Part shown: positions 24,101 through 24,329 of the stretch, piece after piece
How the letters are laid out: every line of letters starts with the position of its first letter
How positions within the stretch are numbered: position 1 is the stretch's first letter
Source: a virus
Lineage: Duplodnaviria > Caudoviricetes
DNA length: 24,329 bases
Virus record (IMG/VR): IMGVR_UViG_3300032269_000030
Location: 1 to 24,329 of that record
Direction: 5' to 3' (one strand)
Notes under the pieces: model-generated
Told to the model about the DNA's origin: nothing
What the model saw: the letters and a program-made list of their open reading frames with translations, nothing else
The model's database searches: none
Position numbers and translations under genes: made by a program

Positions 24101-24329
24101 TGGAACATTGATGTTTAAAGAGGGGCTAGTATCTAAAATAAAGTCACCTGGAGACTATCTTTTTGAATTAATTAATTTAAATGCAAGAGCTGGCGGACAG
24201 TTTAATACTTACATTCCTTCTAAAGCAGGAAATCGCCAAGCCATCAAGTTAGTTATAGATGATGGTAAAGAAGAGTTAGTTAGAAAACTATTAGTAGATT
24301 ATGTAACGTCTTTACAAGCTCTACAAGCC
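21144..24329 (+). CDS. Large internal virion/ejection protein 3 (3'-truncated, at least 1062 aa)
   Basis: AAAGGA RBS at about 21131-21136 and ATG at 21144. Manual translation (MATKPEDINPFAQY...) finds no stop before the window end. It has Gly/Ala hydrophobic helices with EEGTQEFLE, a Pro-rich linker and an E/K-rich tract. Absent from the ORF track because it has no stop in the window. Confidence 0.9.
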   Translation, partial: MATKPEDINPFAQYVEQPKEEPAKKATPEVNPFAKYQEYGVGTGLADILKGPYAGVVSTVGGMPLGAEAMVKNVPRQVLEQQGIDVPEKVGPITFAEELVKKGPAQLFTNTAKAFIKNATGESFEKQQERQKDNEIALDRVISKIPSILGVEAASEWGQKKSDAIRESRSDVGKARIADSQATGDMLKAAKNLSLEEISIGKDPSVMGYLLQGSEVLGSMMPTIATALLTKKSPSLQTKATAGVGASMGAGEAVQDTRQMVGKMSDLELAQSSPYFAEMLKKGVPIEEARKVVTDKAAEYAAQLQGSVSAFGSVITGKLMTGQFDKLMTGPVKNRLGRIAIGGTGGALEEGTQEFLEGIAKNLGINKTIVTEIGADSFANFVLGAIGGAGPGAYRGFVAKTAEESKNAPKPTPDELFADLTGTPVPPTAPPAAPVAGIPPVVPPTPPAAPEVELEPQVPSSVLAPVAAMVSTVGLDPETAQRVEVLKAELKMIDSRRTDPNNVPNEYDLQFFDEREAEIAKEITDLVSPKTPEAPAAPIETTGGPSGVDLKARVEMRLDQLAADAEQTGQMDILELNKLARDLEVEPSEDPIKTMGSILDVLNPREEPAAPSAEEIITEPEAVVTTGGAALTAPTEEKTTVVPEETVAETPVAPKDVIPEITSGQSYEQRASDDYNKVVNESYDGKKNETDVLANQSLDRYIPFDKLVNIVNQAEDVLLAPEQLKMRFGVQKAADAEKVIAEVRKLRNQARQEEQKAAAEAEKKAKEEAPKEEEKPTGGPAITGGPSTPKKVAPTEEEKQAKEEEKKAREEEKKAKEEEKAQKEEQKKKIAELNTNPMKIAMETGNADAVAELLYGKAVDESLFPVIFPEEMLLRIPVETNLVSQIEEQLTKNKFRITDRAVPATTDSAAYVGPERITISALYNPEKVSIQGGGAEFFNNRKGQITAAPLPKDATDKQKDALVTELLDLASPKKLLDIQSNPNNTFGTLMFKEGLVSKIKSPGDYLFELINLNARAGGQFNTYIPSKAGNRQAIKLVIDDGKEELVRKLLVDYVTSLQALQA
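23529..23633 (+). repeat. 21-nt (7-aa) coding repeat EEEKxAK, about 5 units
   Basis: EEEKQAK EEEKKAR EEEKKAK EEEKAQK EEQKKKI. Confidence 0.85.

Larger units (their letters stand above)
1..24329 (+). mobile_element. Tailed phage (podovirus-like) structural, lysis and ejection gene region
   Basis: Single-strand, nearly gap-free gene array containing adaptor-, tail fibre-, holin-, M15 endolysin-, nozzle- and ejection-protein-like genes. No tape measure, sheath or cellular housekeeping gene recognised. Free phage versus prophage cannot be decided from this window. Confidence 0.95.

Noticed and set aside
1-24329. Stop-codon reassignment
   Set aside because: TAA, TAG and TGA all end genes at tight junctions with the next start, and coding density is already near complete under the standard code.

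Overview
This window is part of the virion-morphogenesis region of a tailed dsDNA phage with a podovirus-like layout. About 32 tightly packed genes all lie on the + strand, many overlapping or abutting at stop/start junctions, and the standard genetic code is used. The order is: 3' end of a probable head-decoration gene, a cluster of small Lys/Gly/Met-rich proteins, two adaptor-like proteins, Val/Ser/Gly/Thr repeat fibre proteins, tail fibre, six-repeat adhesin and fibre chaperone, a lysis cassette (holin plus M15 peptidase), nozzle, then three large internal/ejection proteins with small cupin and GNAT-like neighbours. The last ejection gene (21144 to the window end, at least 1062 codons) is missing from the supplied ORF track. 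The main unexplained signal is a short motif, [YFML]-[AKS]-x-G-G. By manual reading it occurs 14 times in strict form (about 20 with degenerate copies), only in six probable capsid-internal proteins and in none of the tail, adaptor, nozzle or lysis proteins. It sits at boundaries between unrelated modules (basic peptides, a GNAT-like domain, a membrane beta-barrel-like segment, DUF4214-like repeats), which suggests a double-glycine polyprotein-processing or capsid-loading code. A second set of shared short motifs (a 22-aa VGSVTV repeat and W-x4-W-x4-W) links several external virion proteins. Family names come from remembered motifs, not from database searches. No tRNA, rRNA, CRISPR array, integrase or reverse transcriptase was seen.
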